Assembly (NCBI GenBank): GCA_026023565.1
Contig: JAPETS010000029.1
Span: forward strand, 186,001-250,000
DNA: 64,000 nucleotides
DNA from: Cirrosporium novae-zelandiae
Taxonomy: Eukaryota
Direction of reading: 5' to 3'
This document shows, piece after piece, positions 49,837-62,913 of the stretch. The notes beneath the pieces are model-generated. The model searched no databases and had not been told where the DNA came from. It was given only the letters and a program-made list of their open reading frames with translations. The translations under genes were made by a program, and so were the position numbers. The number at the start of each line of letters is the position of its first letter. Within the stretch, counting starts at the first letter, position 1.

Positions 49837-50719
49837 AGAAATAGACTAATAGAAATCGAATAGATTAATAATTAATAGGATGATGGGAAACAATTGAGGA
49901 TTTTTACTTGGTAGAAACTTCGTTTAATTATTACCAAGTAGACTAATGTACTGTACTGTACATGCACATGTGCTTAACTATGTTATGTACTTTACTTTGG
50001 TTTAATCGAAAAGGGATAGATAGGCAAGAAGCCCTAGACTATCTACTGTACCTCGAGGGGCTGTGTAACATTCCTCCTTGTTGGAGTTCTTTACTGTGTT
50101 GTACTTGTAATCAATCTTACCAGTTGCAATAACAGGCCAGGCCATGACGTAGATATAGTGGGGTAAAAATCCGGATATGTAACCGTCGCTGTGGAGGGGG
50201 GGGGCCTGGAACTTCATCGCCCCCCTGGGAGTAGGTACTAACTTACTGGATTGTGCAAGGTAAGTTACAATTGGATGGCTGGCTAGCTAGGTGACGAACT
50301 TGATTACATACATACATGGTCTAGGGCTAGGGCTATTTTTTTTATTTCTTCGGATACGAAGATTTGTATTTTGTTTATATAATTACAAGTAATTAGATAG
50401 ATAATAATAATACATAAAGGGGGGGGGAGGGGGCACTCTTGTCTTGTTTTGATTGGTGTTTTTTTTTATAAAAAGTTCTTTTTATTTTGTTTTTTGTGAG
50501 GATATACTTGCTTATAAGGAAGGGAAAAGGGGGTGATATCAATTGCCTTTAGGGGGGTTATCTTTGTTTATCTTCTTGGTGGCCTTTGGCGAGAAAGAAG
50601 AAGGAGAAGAAGAAAAAGGATAGAACCGTGATAATTCTATTTCTATGCTAAAGGCTTATTTATACTCTGTCATCGCTTAGCGCGTATAAACGGTTTTCTT
50701 GTACCCGTTTACCGTACCC

Positions 50720-52035
50720 TTATAATATATTTGTAACAGTTATGATTGCTGTATAGTGCCATATTGCGTCTACACATATCTCCGTCGAGGCTCCGCCCTC
50801 GTCTGGATTTCTGACAAGATGTACATCGTAGTAGCTACCAGCGTAGTTATGGTACCTAATCACTCACGTCGGTAATTAGATTTTGGGCATTTATAGTTAA
50901 TAACCAAGGATGTGAAGAGTGATGAAATCGATAAGGGATCTTCTTCGCATGTTTTTCTCTCGTCTTCTTACCAAGCATATGCACCAGCCTATGATTAGCA
51001 TCCCGAATTCCTCTCACTACTACCGTGAATCCGGTCATTATATTCTCATCCACCTTTATTGTCACGGGTCCCAAAGCTTTATGGGCCATAAAGCTAATGA
51101 CATTGAATGGAAAGGTAATGGTGATACTGAGAAGCAGGCGCATGTACACCACACACATTCCGAGAAGGCCTTTGTTGGCATATGCCCCATTCCAGAGGAC
51201 CGATATCTCTTCTGTAGACCAGGCCATGAATAGCGCCTTGAGGGCTGCTAGTAAGGACATCCAGAAGAGAAGTTCGAGTGCGTCGAAACGGACCGCAGAA
51301 CACCTTGTTTGAAGGTAACTGGTGGTTATTGATTTGAATCCACTCAGGGCTCCTTTAAGACACACTACGACGATGCTGAGAGCGGTGATTGGAAAGTCAT
51401 GGTATGTAGCTAGACCAGCCCCGAGTATCAATAGTAATAGGGAGGCTGAGGTTCTCCGGGAGAATTTCTGACGATAAAAAATATACGTCATAACTGCGGT
51501 TATGGCGGGGGTGATGGCGTGGACATTCTGGTGGAAAGATATGGACCCATAGACCCTGTGCAGCTGTTTTAGTGGAAGGGTGGATGAAACTATATCCATA
51601 ATAAACAAATACTGCTGAAGGGGAACACATAGTGTTGCTGTTGTAGTTTTGGTATAAGGATAGTCACATACGTCACATCCAAAGAAATATAATTGAATAG
51701 TACGTCAGCCGTGTCGAGGAGAGAGAGCAAGACGATATCCAAAATATCGATTATCCCCCTTCTTTTCAAGGAGAAGTTACCGGCGGACCAGAGCAACAAG
51801 CATCCGAATATACAAGTAGAGGCGTGAAGAGTTGCGAGGATGAATGGGTATGGAAACTGGACACGATGATAGCGACAACAACTTAGCAAACTACCTAGTC
51901 ATAGAAAAGTAATATCAGGAGCTGTGCTAATCTGACCTTTGTTAAGACAAAATGGTTATAGAATTCCATCATCGAACCGAGAGAAAAATAGTTCCAAAAA
52001 TAGATATACTGTTCTTGGGCGTTATGCGTTTCCAT
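50720..52035 (-). CDS. Divergent triose-phosphate/nucleotide-sugar transporter (TPT/DMT family)
   Basis: Splicing at 51857-51936, 51557-51671 and about 50856-50971 yields one open frame: YNHFVLTK/FPYPFILATLH...NYISL...SFHQ...LGAGLATYHDF...FKSIT...LELLFWMS...LG/TITTLVATTMY. Multiple hydrophobic helices. Confidence 0.7.
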
Positions 52036-52675
52036 CGTCTCGATTCAGTGGTGATATAGAATCTTATTGTTGTTCTTTTTGAGATTCTTTCTCCTCTTTA
52101 TAGTTTTATTGTACATGTGATAATGCCTTCTCTCTTTCCTTGGCCGTTCCTTCCCTCGTAATAAGTGCCCTTTTTGGATCAGGCCGCTAGTGTGTTCGAA
52201 TGTTGGTTATCACATTGAGAGGAAGGTTTCTCTAACAACATATAGGATTACCTTTCAACCACCAACAGAAAAGTGTATTAACTATATTTCGTTCCTATTT
52301 TCCCTCATTAATAAAGTGAGAATTAATATTGGAAATTTGATGCGGCATACAGATTGAAAAATCATATTGTTTGGCCGTTGTGATCAGGGGACTGGCCAAA
52401 TTTGCAAAGTCAACTCGATCTATTAACCATCTTCCTGGAGAAGCAGCAAAAGGACGCCCTTCTAAACACTGCCCCGTTGGTATCTCATGTGGAAGGGCCC
52501 GCAGTAGGCCCGGAAAACCATTTACCTGAGCTCCTCCAACGCCATGCTAAGATCCCATCATATCAATTTCCCAGGAGGAAAACGGTGAACATAAATAACC
52601 CCTCACGAATACCCAAGGTTCCCGCACGCTTTTTTCTTATCCATCCTAATGCTATTTTAAAGATTATGTTTCAGA

Positions 52676-53985
52676 CTACTCCCTAAATAACCTAATATTT
52701 GTCCATTTATTCTCACTAGGATCATAGCAAGCTAGGACATGAAAAACATGGTGTCCCCTTGGTTCTTGGATCTCAATCGTTCCGCCCAAGATGACACCGC
52801 CTCGCGGAACAAAGAATTTCGTCCGCATTCGCCTAAAAGCTAATTCACGCCTATAGAAAGCTATCGCTTTCCGAAAGTCGTCAGGAAGTTGAGGGATTGA
52901 AACAATAGGTGGCAAAAATCCTTTCGAAGGGGAGGCTGTAGAGTTATCTTCCGAAGCCGTTGTACTTTTAGATTGTATTACCTCTTTTGAATTTGCCGAA
53001 GATGAAGAAGGGTCACCAGGGCTGGTCTGAGGTTGTCCTTGATGCTGATTGCCCGTGACTGGAAGAACGGGTCTTGCAATGGATCGTGCTGCGGAAGGGT
53101 TATGGTGCTGCTCATGCTGTTGCTCTTCAGACCCAGAACTAGACAATTTTTGTATTTTTTCAAACTGTAGTCCGGCGAGATAATGCAGCGCTTTCCCTAG
53201 GGAGACAACGATATCATCAGGCCAAAAAATTCTGTTCATTTTGGCTGCATATTCTGGCGATACGGATCTCAACTCTATACTGAACTCGTCTTCTTCGGTG
53301 ATTGTCAGGCTATGATCATGCATTAGCGTTATGTCGACAGGAATTTCATGCAAACATACCCCGGTTGATCATATTCTGGATATGGGCTATTAGGGAATTT
53401 CCAGCGAAGCCAATGCCGCAATGGTGTTGCTGGACTCCCAAACTTCATGCCCACAAAACCCGTGACAATGTCCACCAGCTGGTCTATTATTTGGTCAGCA
53501 TCACCAGTATAGAAGCCGGATTAACGTCATACTCCTAGCTTGATTCTGTGCCCGACCATTGTTATAAAATGACACAAACCCTTTCCACTCTGGACTATCC
53601 CGATCAAAATCATGTGGTTGGCGTTCTTGTGGGAACCAAAGAGGTATGAAAATTGTGTTTAGTACATGGCCATTTTGGTTTTCTTCCTTGTCGTCTTTCT
53701 CGTCGTCGTCTAGAAATGAATCAAGGTATTTCATTGCTATAAACGTTAAAATCATAGTAGTGAATCCATTTAGGAGTCTAGGGACATGTTAGGATGGCTC
53801 TCATCTTTAGAGATATGGCCCGCGAACCTTTGACGGTACAAATGCCATGGCTGCACTATGCGTACTGGTTGGTGAAATATCAAGCCAGCATGCCCACGAT
53901 GAAGCTGCCTAGTTGCGATAGGTTGTCGTAAGGGCGGTCGAGCACGAGAGGCGAACCTGAGAGGAGTTCGCACGCTCTTATACAT
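52676..53985 (-). CDS. Conserved hypothetical protein, probable mitochondrial presequence
   Basis: R/S/L-rich N-terminus (MYKSVRTPLRFASRAR). Spliced segments FIPLWFPQ...DSPEWKGF, WLRWKFP...EYDQPG/LTITE...RIFWP and PRGGVILGGTIEI...ACYDP. Exact introns and 3' end less certain. Confidence 0.7.
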
Positions 53986-54434
53986 TAGTAAGGCTAGAAC
54001 GCCCGTTGCGGAAGTCGGGGATTAAATGAGAGTTGCGAGTATGAATGTAGAAGACTGTAGAGTTCGATTAGATTGAACAAATACAAACAGAAAGACAGAA
54101 CCTCTGCTGTGAGGGGGGAATTCGGTGTAATGGATGGAATACTTGAAAAGATACGCAGCATACAGTATGATAATAATGCGGGATGATCTCGGGCTGGGTT
54201 CTCCGTCCACGGATAAGATTTAGGGATTAAAGGACTGACGAACTGGGGACGCGAGAGATTCCTCTGCCCGGCGGAATTTGCCGATCTTGGCTTGGCTCGG
54301 CTCAACTTGGGAAGTCGGCCATCCACCATTGCCTGAAGCTTCTAAGCTATCACTATTACAACTTGATACGAGAATACCCAACTTTCTATCTTGAGCAGAA
54401 TAAACTTCATGCTGCTTGACATTTCGCCAGCAGG

Positions 54435-55848
54435 ATGAAGCTTCTCTCTACCGTCTTGGTCTCAGGACTTTGGTCCTTGTGTTCTGCTACACAGCAACAA
54501 ACCCACGTCTATCTCTTCGACTCTTCAAGCTCCCCGTCCCCGGTAAACGACCTTCTCCAGGACCATGTTGCTACTCTTGTACTTGCCCAGCGGCTTGGAC
54601 TATCTGATTCTTTCTTATTAGAAGGCATCGATGAGGCAAATTTCGAGACCTTGAGAACCTATGGTGGGGAGCAACGTCCACTCTTTGGAAATGATGCAGC
54701 TGCAGAGTTGAGTAAACTACTCTTGCTAGTCGAAGGCATCTCAGACCCGAAAGGTATTATAACTCATCTTTTTATAATAGACTATATTTTGGAATGTAAA
54801 AGTAGATGCTAACGCGTAAGTCCAGACGTATTTCCGTCGTCGGCCAGTGATGATATGTCCACAAGGTCCTTTGCTGTAACCGGAAACTCAAACAACATTG
54901 GGGATGAACTCGAAGAAGCTTTTGATCAATCAATTGCATCGACTGAGATGCGATGCACCTACTCTATGCAGACTAGTACTGGGGTAGCTGGGAAATGGAG
55001 TTATGCCAGAGAAGTATGCATCTCAACCTACAGCTACTCTTAAACGAGACTAATTTAAATAGGGCCTATCAAAATGCCCCTCCTCCAGCCAAACGGTAAA
55101 TGCCTGGGAACAGACATCAAATACTCTTGCAAATCTCGAGACCTTTAATAAATTAATGGATGCGGGTGTATCGGGCTGGGCTACCGAGGGCACCACCGCT
55201 ATCTTTCATGTTTCAGTTCCTAACGATGACTATTCCAAGGTTATGGAAGTTCTTAGGACTACTGTCAAGTCTTTGAAGAGTCTCGCGAAGAGCGGACAAC
55301 AAGAGAGCACCATTATACTCCTACCTTCAACCTCTACCACGGGTAAGACCATGACCAAAAGATCAAAATCTCCTGTCCTTGTACAGCACGAGCAGATTCT
55401 CTCCTCTGCTGAACCCGAGTCCTCTTCTCCAGCGAGCAGTCCAGCTCAGCCACTCGCAAGTAATACTCTTTCGAACGCCGATTCCCTTACCATTTGCCAT
55501 TCATCTATGGACACATGTGTTTCGGCTACCAACAATTGCACTGGGCATGGTAGCTGCTTCTTGAAGTATCGCACTAACGAAGGTGCATCTACACCTCGGG
55601 AGTGTTATGCTTGTGGCTGCGAAGCAACCTACTTGGATAATGAGGATGGCACCAAAAGGGCTCTCCGATGGGGTGGGGCCGCTTGTCAGAAGAAGGATGT
55701 CTCAAGTCCCTTTATTTTGTTGGCGGGTTTTACTATAGCCATGATTGCCGTTATCACATGGGCAATTGGCTTGATGTTTAGTATGGGTAGCGAGGAGCTC
55801 CCCAGCGTTATAGGAGCCGGTGTTGCAGGACCAAGGGCTCAGAAATAG
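54435..55848 (+). CDS. Type I membrane protein with C-terminal DUF3844 (Vps3844-like)
   Basis: Signal peptide MKLLSTVLVSGLWSLCSA; Cys-rich CVSATNNCTGHGSC...WGGAACQKKDVS; TM helix; EELPSVIGAGV. Two short introns (about 54753-54825 and 55014-55061). Confidence 0.85.
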
Positions 55849-56414
55849 ATGTTTTTCTTACTGGACATTGGGTTCTCTTTGGGGTGCACGTGTACTGTGT
55901 CATATTCAGATGATGGATTGTACTACCATGGGCGTTGAGATATATGTAAAGGTTATATAATAGGGGAATACTACCGAAGTCCATCTTAGGCTCTTGCTAA
56001 GATAGGGCTACATACCTTGGGATTGGGCTATTTGAAAGGGATGAACGGATATCAAACCTTGCTGTCTTATCATGTTGATCGAGATGTACCCATGAAGCAA
56101 TCTCAATAGGCCAAAGGTGGAACTAAAAATGACAATACATTGTTCTTCATGAGGCCACGTCACTCGCCAATCTACCCGAGGGCTTTCCTAAGGTGTAATG
56201 TGTATATACTATAGGATCACTTTTTGGATTCACCCTTGGATTGGAAATATGTTATTAAATTAAACACATTATGTCGTAATAATCTTGGTTAAGATCCTTC
56301 CCTCTTGTTCACTATACTCCAAACCATGGTTTCAATGGTATTTATGCAATTCTTACTTCCTTCATCCAGCGCTTTCCAAAAACAACACAATCGAAAGCTG
56401 TTCTAACATCCAAA

Positions 56415-57113
56415 CTATTCTATGTCCATGGCATCTGGGTCCTCGCTAATGGGTGCCTGAATAAAGGAGGGGAGCTCTGGAACTTTGGCGATTTCAGTTA
56501 TTTTTCCTTGTTCACTTCCATCTACAGCTGACACTTGATTGGCTTGCAATTCGAGAGCGGCTATCTTTGCGGCTTGTTTCTCGCGGATGCGTGCCCTCGT
56601 CTCGATGATAGCCTTTCTCACATTGTCCTGTCCCTGGGGAACAGAAAGAGACTCTGGAACATGATATAGGATCATATCGGTTGATTTTTGCGGCTCATTC
56701 GTGCCCTTTAAAATAGCTCTGGGGATTTTATTCAATTTCCTTTCAATATCTGGAAGAAATATTATTTTCTCGTCTTCGGATTCAACATCTGCGAGTTCGT
56801 CATCGAGATTGTATATGTAAATCTTATCCTTTGTATCATCGAGCAGCATTGTATCGTCATTGTTGGAACGTGGTGGGGGTGAGGGTTTTGAGGCTGGGGA
56901 TTGCGGGATGTAGAGATGATCATTTTCGCCTGTGATTTAGTATGATTAACATGATATTATTGATTGCGAGATAAGGTGTATGCGTATCGACTACTCACTG
57001 AGGCTGAGGAGATGAAATCGTTTCGCTAGTCTTTGTTCGCGGTTCAATTCGTCTTCGGCGAGTCGCTTTTGTCCATGGAATACACCAGAGGTCCCTTCAC
57101 CCACCCCTTCCAT
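56415..57113 (-). CDS. Conserved hypothetical protein
   Basis: KRLAEDELNREQRLAKRFHLLSL, an intron starting GTGAGT at 56998, then LDDTKDKIYIYNLDDEL...IFLPDIE...LYHVPESLSVP...VRKAIIETRARIR...DAMDIE. Start uncertain. Confidence 0.7.
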
Positions 57114-57257
57114 CCTCCATATTTTATTTGCCTCTACCTTCTTTCTGAATTGCTGGGATTGGTCGTAACAAGATTGTTTATCGGCCTCGATCAATTGCGT
57201 CCAAGACATTCGCTCCGATAAGAGTGAGTCATTCACTATCTGCTGGGCGCCCGCTTG

Positions 57258-60200
57258 ATGCGAGTTGCATTGGTATTTAGAAGTTGCGGAGTTTTGAGTC
57301 ACGGAGATCTCAAAGCCGCGAGAACATTCCACACCGTCGCCCCTCCGCACTTCTTCAGACGTCACCATCAATTCAAACTACGCCGATTAAGGCCCTTTCA
57401 ATATTCTATCCCTCGAACCATGGCCACTTTGACAGATGGAGTCCCAGAGTGGACCGCCACCCGAGTACGACAAACATTTCTCGATTACTTTAAGGAAAGA
57501 GGTCATACTTTTGGTGCGTGGGCCAGAAATGATATCTTGATAAGAATTTCACGCTGATGAAAATCTAGTCCCCTCGTCCTCCGTTGTCCCTCTTTCTGAT
57601 CCAACCTTACTTTTTGCCAATGCTGGTATGAACCAGTATAAGTCTATCTTTCTGGGTACAGTTGACCCTCACTCGGATTTCGCACACTTAAAGAGGGCTG
57701 TGAATTCACAAAAGGTTGTTACAGGCAACTCCAGCTTTTTGAGAGTATACTAATTAATTCATAGTGTATACGTGCTGGGGGAAAGCACAATGTATGATCG
57801 ATACCCCACCAACCCACATTATTCGACTCACAGGAATTTTAGGACCTTGATGATGTCGGCAGAGATAGTTATCATCATGTGAGAGATCCTTTGGCTCTAT
57901 TTTGTGAATCTAATTGACCAAAGGAACCAGACATTCTTTGAAATGCTCGGGAACTGGAGTTTCGGGGATTACTTTAAAAAGGAGGCGATAGATTATTCCT
58001 GGGAGCTCCTCACAAAGGTGTATGGATTGGACCCCGAACGTCTATATGTTACTTATTTTGAGGGAAACGAGGCGGGTAAGCTTGAGCCGGACTTGGACGC
58101 AAAGAACTACTGGCGTGGAGTCGGTGTCCCGGAGGATCATATCCTTCCTGGAAATATGAAAGACAACTTCTGGGAAATGGGCGACCAAGGCCCCTGTGGT
58201 CCTTGCAGTGAAGTCCATTATGATCGGATTGGAGGTCGCAATGCCTCACATCTCGTCAACCAGGATGACCCCAATGTGCTGGAAATCTGGAACAACGTTT
58301 TCATCCAATACAACCGTGAGCCTGATAAGTCGTTGCGCCCTCTTCCAAGCAAACACGTCGACACGGGTATGGGATTTGAGCGATTGGTTTCAGTTCTTCA
58401 GGACAAATTGTCAAACTATGACACCGACGTTTTCACGCCCCTTTTCAAGAGGATCCAGGAAGTCACCGGAGCAAGAGAATATACAGGCAAATTTGGTGCC
58501 GAAGATGCGGACGGTATCGATACTGCATACCGAGTTATTGCAGATCATGTTCGCACCCTGACATTTGCCATTTCCGATGGTGGTATACCAAACAATGAAG
58601 GACGAGGCTATGTCGTACGACGTGTCCTCCGAAGAGGTGCTCGCTATGCCCGCAAGTACTTCAATTCCGATATTGGCGATTTCTTCTCGAAAATTGTCCC
58701 GACGCTGGTTGAGCAGATGGAAGATATGTTCCCCGAAATCAAGAAGAAGGAATCCGAAGTCAAGGAAATCTTGAACGAGGAAGAAGAGTCTTTTGCCAAG
58801 ACATTGGATAGAGGAGAAAAGCAATTCGAGACGTATGCACAACTCCCGCTTACACAAAAGACGAAAAGATTACATGGCGCCGATGTATGGCGATTGTATG
58901 ACACATTCGGTTTCCCTGTTGATTTGACAAGAATCATGGCCGAAGAACGGGGCCTAGATATTGATGATAATGAATTCGAAGAAGCAAGATTAAAGGCGAA
59001 GGAAGCTAGCAAAGGAGAGAAAAAGACTGTGGCTGATCTTGTGAAGCTGGACGTTCACGACTTAGGTACCTTGGAGAAGATGACCCATGTCCCCAAAACT
59101 GACGATGCCCCCAAGTATGGCAAAGGAACCATTAAATCCCAAATTAAGGCTATTTATCATGCCAAGAAATTTGTTGACGATACCAAAGAGATTCCTGAAG
59201 GTGACCAGCTTGGTATCATTTTAGACAGAACCAACTTTTACGCCGAATCTGGCGGTCAGATTTTCGACACGGGCAGTATTATTATTGATGGGGTTGCTGA
59301 ACTTGATGTTCAGAATGTCCAATCGTACGGCGGTTACATTCTTCATACCGGGTATATGAAATACGGAAATCTTTCTGTGCCCGATACCGTCACATGCGAC
59401 TACGATGCTATCCGGCGACGGCCCATCAAGAACAACCACACCGGCACTCATATTCTTAATTATGCCCTACGAGAGGTTCTCGGCGACGGAATCGACCAAA
59501 AAGGTTCCTTGGTTGCCCCAGAAAAACTCCGCTTCGACTTTTCCCATAAATCCGCCATCTCCGACGCCGACCTTGCCAAGGTCGAAGACGTTTCGACCAA
59601 GTACATCCGCCAGAACTCCCCCGTTTATGCTGAAGATGTACCTTTGGTCACCGCCCGCGAAATCGAAGGTGTACGTGCTGTCTTCGGGGAGACCTATCCT
59701 GACCCAGTTAGAGTTGTATCCGTCGGCGTCGAAATCGAAGAGCTTCTCAAGAATGTCAAGGATCCTCGATGGCGAACAGTCAGTATCGAATTCTGCGGCG
59801 GAACGCACGTCGATCGTACCGGCGACATCAAAGAGCTCATCATTGTCGAAGAAAGCGGCATCGCAAAGGGAATCCGACGAATCACCGCGGTGACGGGCAC
59901 CGAAGCCTACGAGGTCCAACGTATTGCAAAAGAATTTGACGAGAAGCTCGCGGGGCTCGAGACAATGGCGCATTCAACTGAAAAGGAACAAATTGTCAAG
60001 GCTACGCAGGTGGAGCTGAACCAGCTTGCCATCTCGACGGTCACGAAAACCAAATTGAGTGATCGGTTCCAGAAAATCCATAAGAAGATGCTGGAAGCTC
60101 AGAAGGCTGCACAGAAAGCAGAATTTAAAAAGGCTGTTCAAGCCATTAATGATTTCTTCAAAGTTAGGGATTCCGAGGTCCCGAAGAAGGCCGCCGTGCT

Positions 60201-60616
60201 GCGATTACCCATGGGCGCCAACCAAAAGGCCATTACCGATGTGCTCAAGCACGTCCAGAAAGAAAACAAGGATAAGAGTGTCTACGTATTCGCTGTAGGT
60301 GAGGATGAGGGGAAGGTTATTCACGCTTGCTACGTTTCCAAGGTTCGTACACTCCCCTCCCCGCTCCATCATAATGTCCCTTTTCCTTTTCCTTTTCCTT
60401 TTCCAAAAAAAAACTAATCCTTATCTCCTCCACAAAAAATAGGAAGCAATAAAATCAGGCATCTCCCCATCCGACTGGGCCCAAACCGTTACCCCTCTCG
60501 TCGGCGGCAAGGCCTGGGGTAAAGCTCCCACCATCACCGGAAACGGAACCAACGTCGACAAGGTTGATAAGGCTATCGAAGCTGCAACGAAATACTTGGA
60601 GGGTTTTAAGTTGTGA
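57258..60616 (+). CDS. ALA1: Alanyl-tRNA synthetase, with an upstream ATG encoding a likely mitochondrial presequence
   Basis: [58 protein letters not shown], editing motifs HTGTH and EFCGGTH. Introns about 57514-57568, 57715-57763, 57792-57843, 57879-57930 and 60343-60442. Second ATG at 57420. Confidence 0.97.
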
Positions 60617-61128
60617 GGATGGATACTACAATTGTGGCTGCGATCGCGATGGGAAAGAAACGTTACGTACGGGACGGATCTTGAAGAATGGATGGGTTTC
60701 AAACCTAGCTTCAGGTCTCAGGCTAAGGACTTTCGTTTTCAAAGAAGAAAGGAAAGGGACATTTTATTCGATAGACGGACAAGACGAGATGAGTAGAATG
60801 GATGAACGAGTAGAAGGAAGGGGATGTTTGTATGTATGTACGTATGACTAACGAGTACGAGTCACACACGGCCTAACAATGAAAGTCCTTTTTTTTCAAG
60901 TCTGAGTAGCTTATTTACGGTCATACCGAATCCTAACGTTTAGTTACATTTTGTGTCATTTTTTTTTATCCTTCTTCAAACGAAGAACTCTAACTAACTA
61001 AACTCCCACCCCAACCCAACACTCCCTTTCATTCACAACTCCCCAATCCTCCTTCCCCCTCTCCCATCCAACCCCACAAAAACTCACACCCCGCTCCACC
61101 CCAACACAACCGACCCAATCCACCCCAC

Positions 61129-62303
61129 TCACATCTCCCCACACATCCCAACCACAACATCCATAACCGGTCTCTCATCCCTTCCCGTCCTAGTCCCCTC
61201 AATCATCCTCACAACCTCCATCCCCTCCACCACTTTCCCAAAAACAACATGCTTGTTATTCAGAAATGGTGTTGGGACCGTGGTTATGAAGAATTGACTG
61301 CCGTTTGTGTTGGGGCCCGAGTTCTGTTTTTTTTTTTGGATAGTGAGTATATATATAAGAGACAAAAAAAAGGATAGTTTTAAGATTCGGGATAAAACGT
61401 ACAGCCATACTGAGTAATCCAGCGGTATCATGTTTTAGTTTAAAGTTCTCGTCTGCGAAGGCTTTTGTGCCGTAGATGCAGGTGCTGCCGGTGCCGTCAC
61501 CGTGGAGGAAATCTCCGCCTTGGATCATGAAGTCTTTGATCTGGGAGGGGTCGTGTTAGTGGTGTGCCGTGTGAATGGGAAGATGAGGAAGATGGGGGGG
61601 GGGATTTGGGTTCGTATAGGAGGATAGATAAATGGATGGATGCATAAATAATACTCATTCCATCCCATCTCACCAAACCTCAAAAAAAATAAAAAAATAA
61701 AAAAACTTCCCACATACCACACGATGAAACTTGGCCCCCTTATACCCCTGCGGTCGTCCCTGATGATCCTTTGTTTCGCCAGTGCAAAATTGGCGGAAGT
61801 TTTCTGCTGTGCGGGGAACGATATTGGCGAAGAGTTCCATTTTTATGCGCCCGAGGGGTTCGCCTATCGAGGGGAGATGGGGGGTTAATGGGGATGTGGA
61901 GAGAAGTGGATTTGGGGGATTGGAATTGGGATTGGGATGGCCATGATGATAAGGATGAGGATGAGGATAGGAATAGATTCATAACGCACAGAATAACATC
62001 CGATAAAGCAAACTCATGAACTCCATTTCAAATTTTTTTTTTTTTTCAGAAATAGAGAAAGAGAATTAAAACAAATCCATGATACATTTGTATACCAAAA
62101 TTATAAGCTTCCAAGTACCCTTCCAAAAATTGAAGCCCAACATCTAAAGTACCCGCATATATACGATGATGACCTCACCACAAAAATTTCACATCCCATC
62201 CAACAAACTCAATTCAAATCAAATGAAAAGAAACACACGTACCTCCAAGTTTGATATCGAAAAAAACGATGGGATTAGGTTCTGCTGCTGGACTGTCTGC
62301 CAT
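61129..62303 (-). CDS. Cyclophilin-type peptidyl-prolyl isomerase (cyclophilin H-like)
   Basis: [23 protein letters not shown]...[11 protein letters not shown]...[15 protein letters not shown]...[18 protein letters not shown]...KHVVFGKV. Introns 61864-62242, 61541-61717 and 61324-61402. Confidence 0.93.
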
Positions 62304-62913
62304 GGTTTTCGAGATCTTTGTTGTTTGAAAAAGCAAATAGATGGTTTCTTGACTATCTCTTAGAAAATGAGGAGGGTTGTGGGTTTGAATTGATGGGCTG
62401 GGAATTGAGATGATATATAGAACGAGGGGGACGAGGGTGGGGAAGATTAGGGTTGGCGTTTGGATTGATACTTGGTGCAGGAGAGGATATTTGTAGGCTA
62501 GCCGGATTGGCTTAGTCTATATCTATGCCTGAGGCTGCAATACCGACTGTTTTTGTTACTCTACTACCACAGTATCCAGACACTTTTTGAAGGCCTATGA
62601 CGAAATAGTTTACTTATGATAATTGGAGCATCACTCGTTGTTCCATTTTTAACGCAAATGAAATTATCGTACAAATTATGACCGTAGAATTGCCCCTGTG
62701 AAGTAGCTCCTTTTGTACGAATACAAAAGGAAAGCAGGAAAGCATCCAAGGATATCAAAATGAACAGAAATCATGTTGCAGGTTTCAGACCATAGTGCCC
62801 GAGAGAGATGCTTCTCTCCGTATATTTATCCCCACCAGAACCTTACCAATTTACCTTCCTTTTCCCTTGATATTTTGTACCTTTGTTTTTATTTTGCCTC
62901 GCGCCTTGAACCT

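Noticed and set aside
50856..51889. Frameshifted pseudogene call for the TPT-like locus
   Set aside because: The frame changes are explained by plausible GT-AG introns, so it is reported as a divergent CDS instead.
60608..60616. C-terminal FKL of AlaRS as a peroxisomal signal
   Set aside because: Non-canonical tripeptide with no other support.
61864..62242. snoRNA in the 379-nt cyclophilin intron
   Set aside because: The good box C match (ATGATGA near 62166) is on the antisense strand, no rRNA guide is recognisable, and the length is explained by low-complexity tracts.
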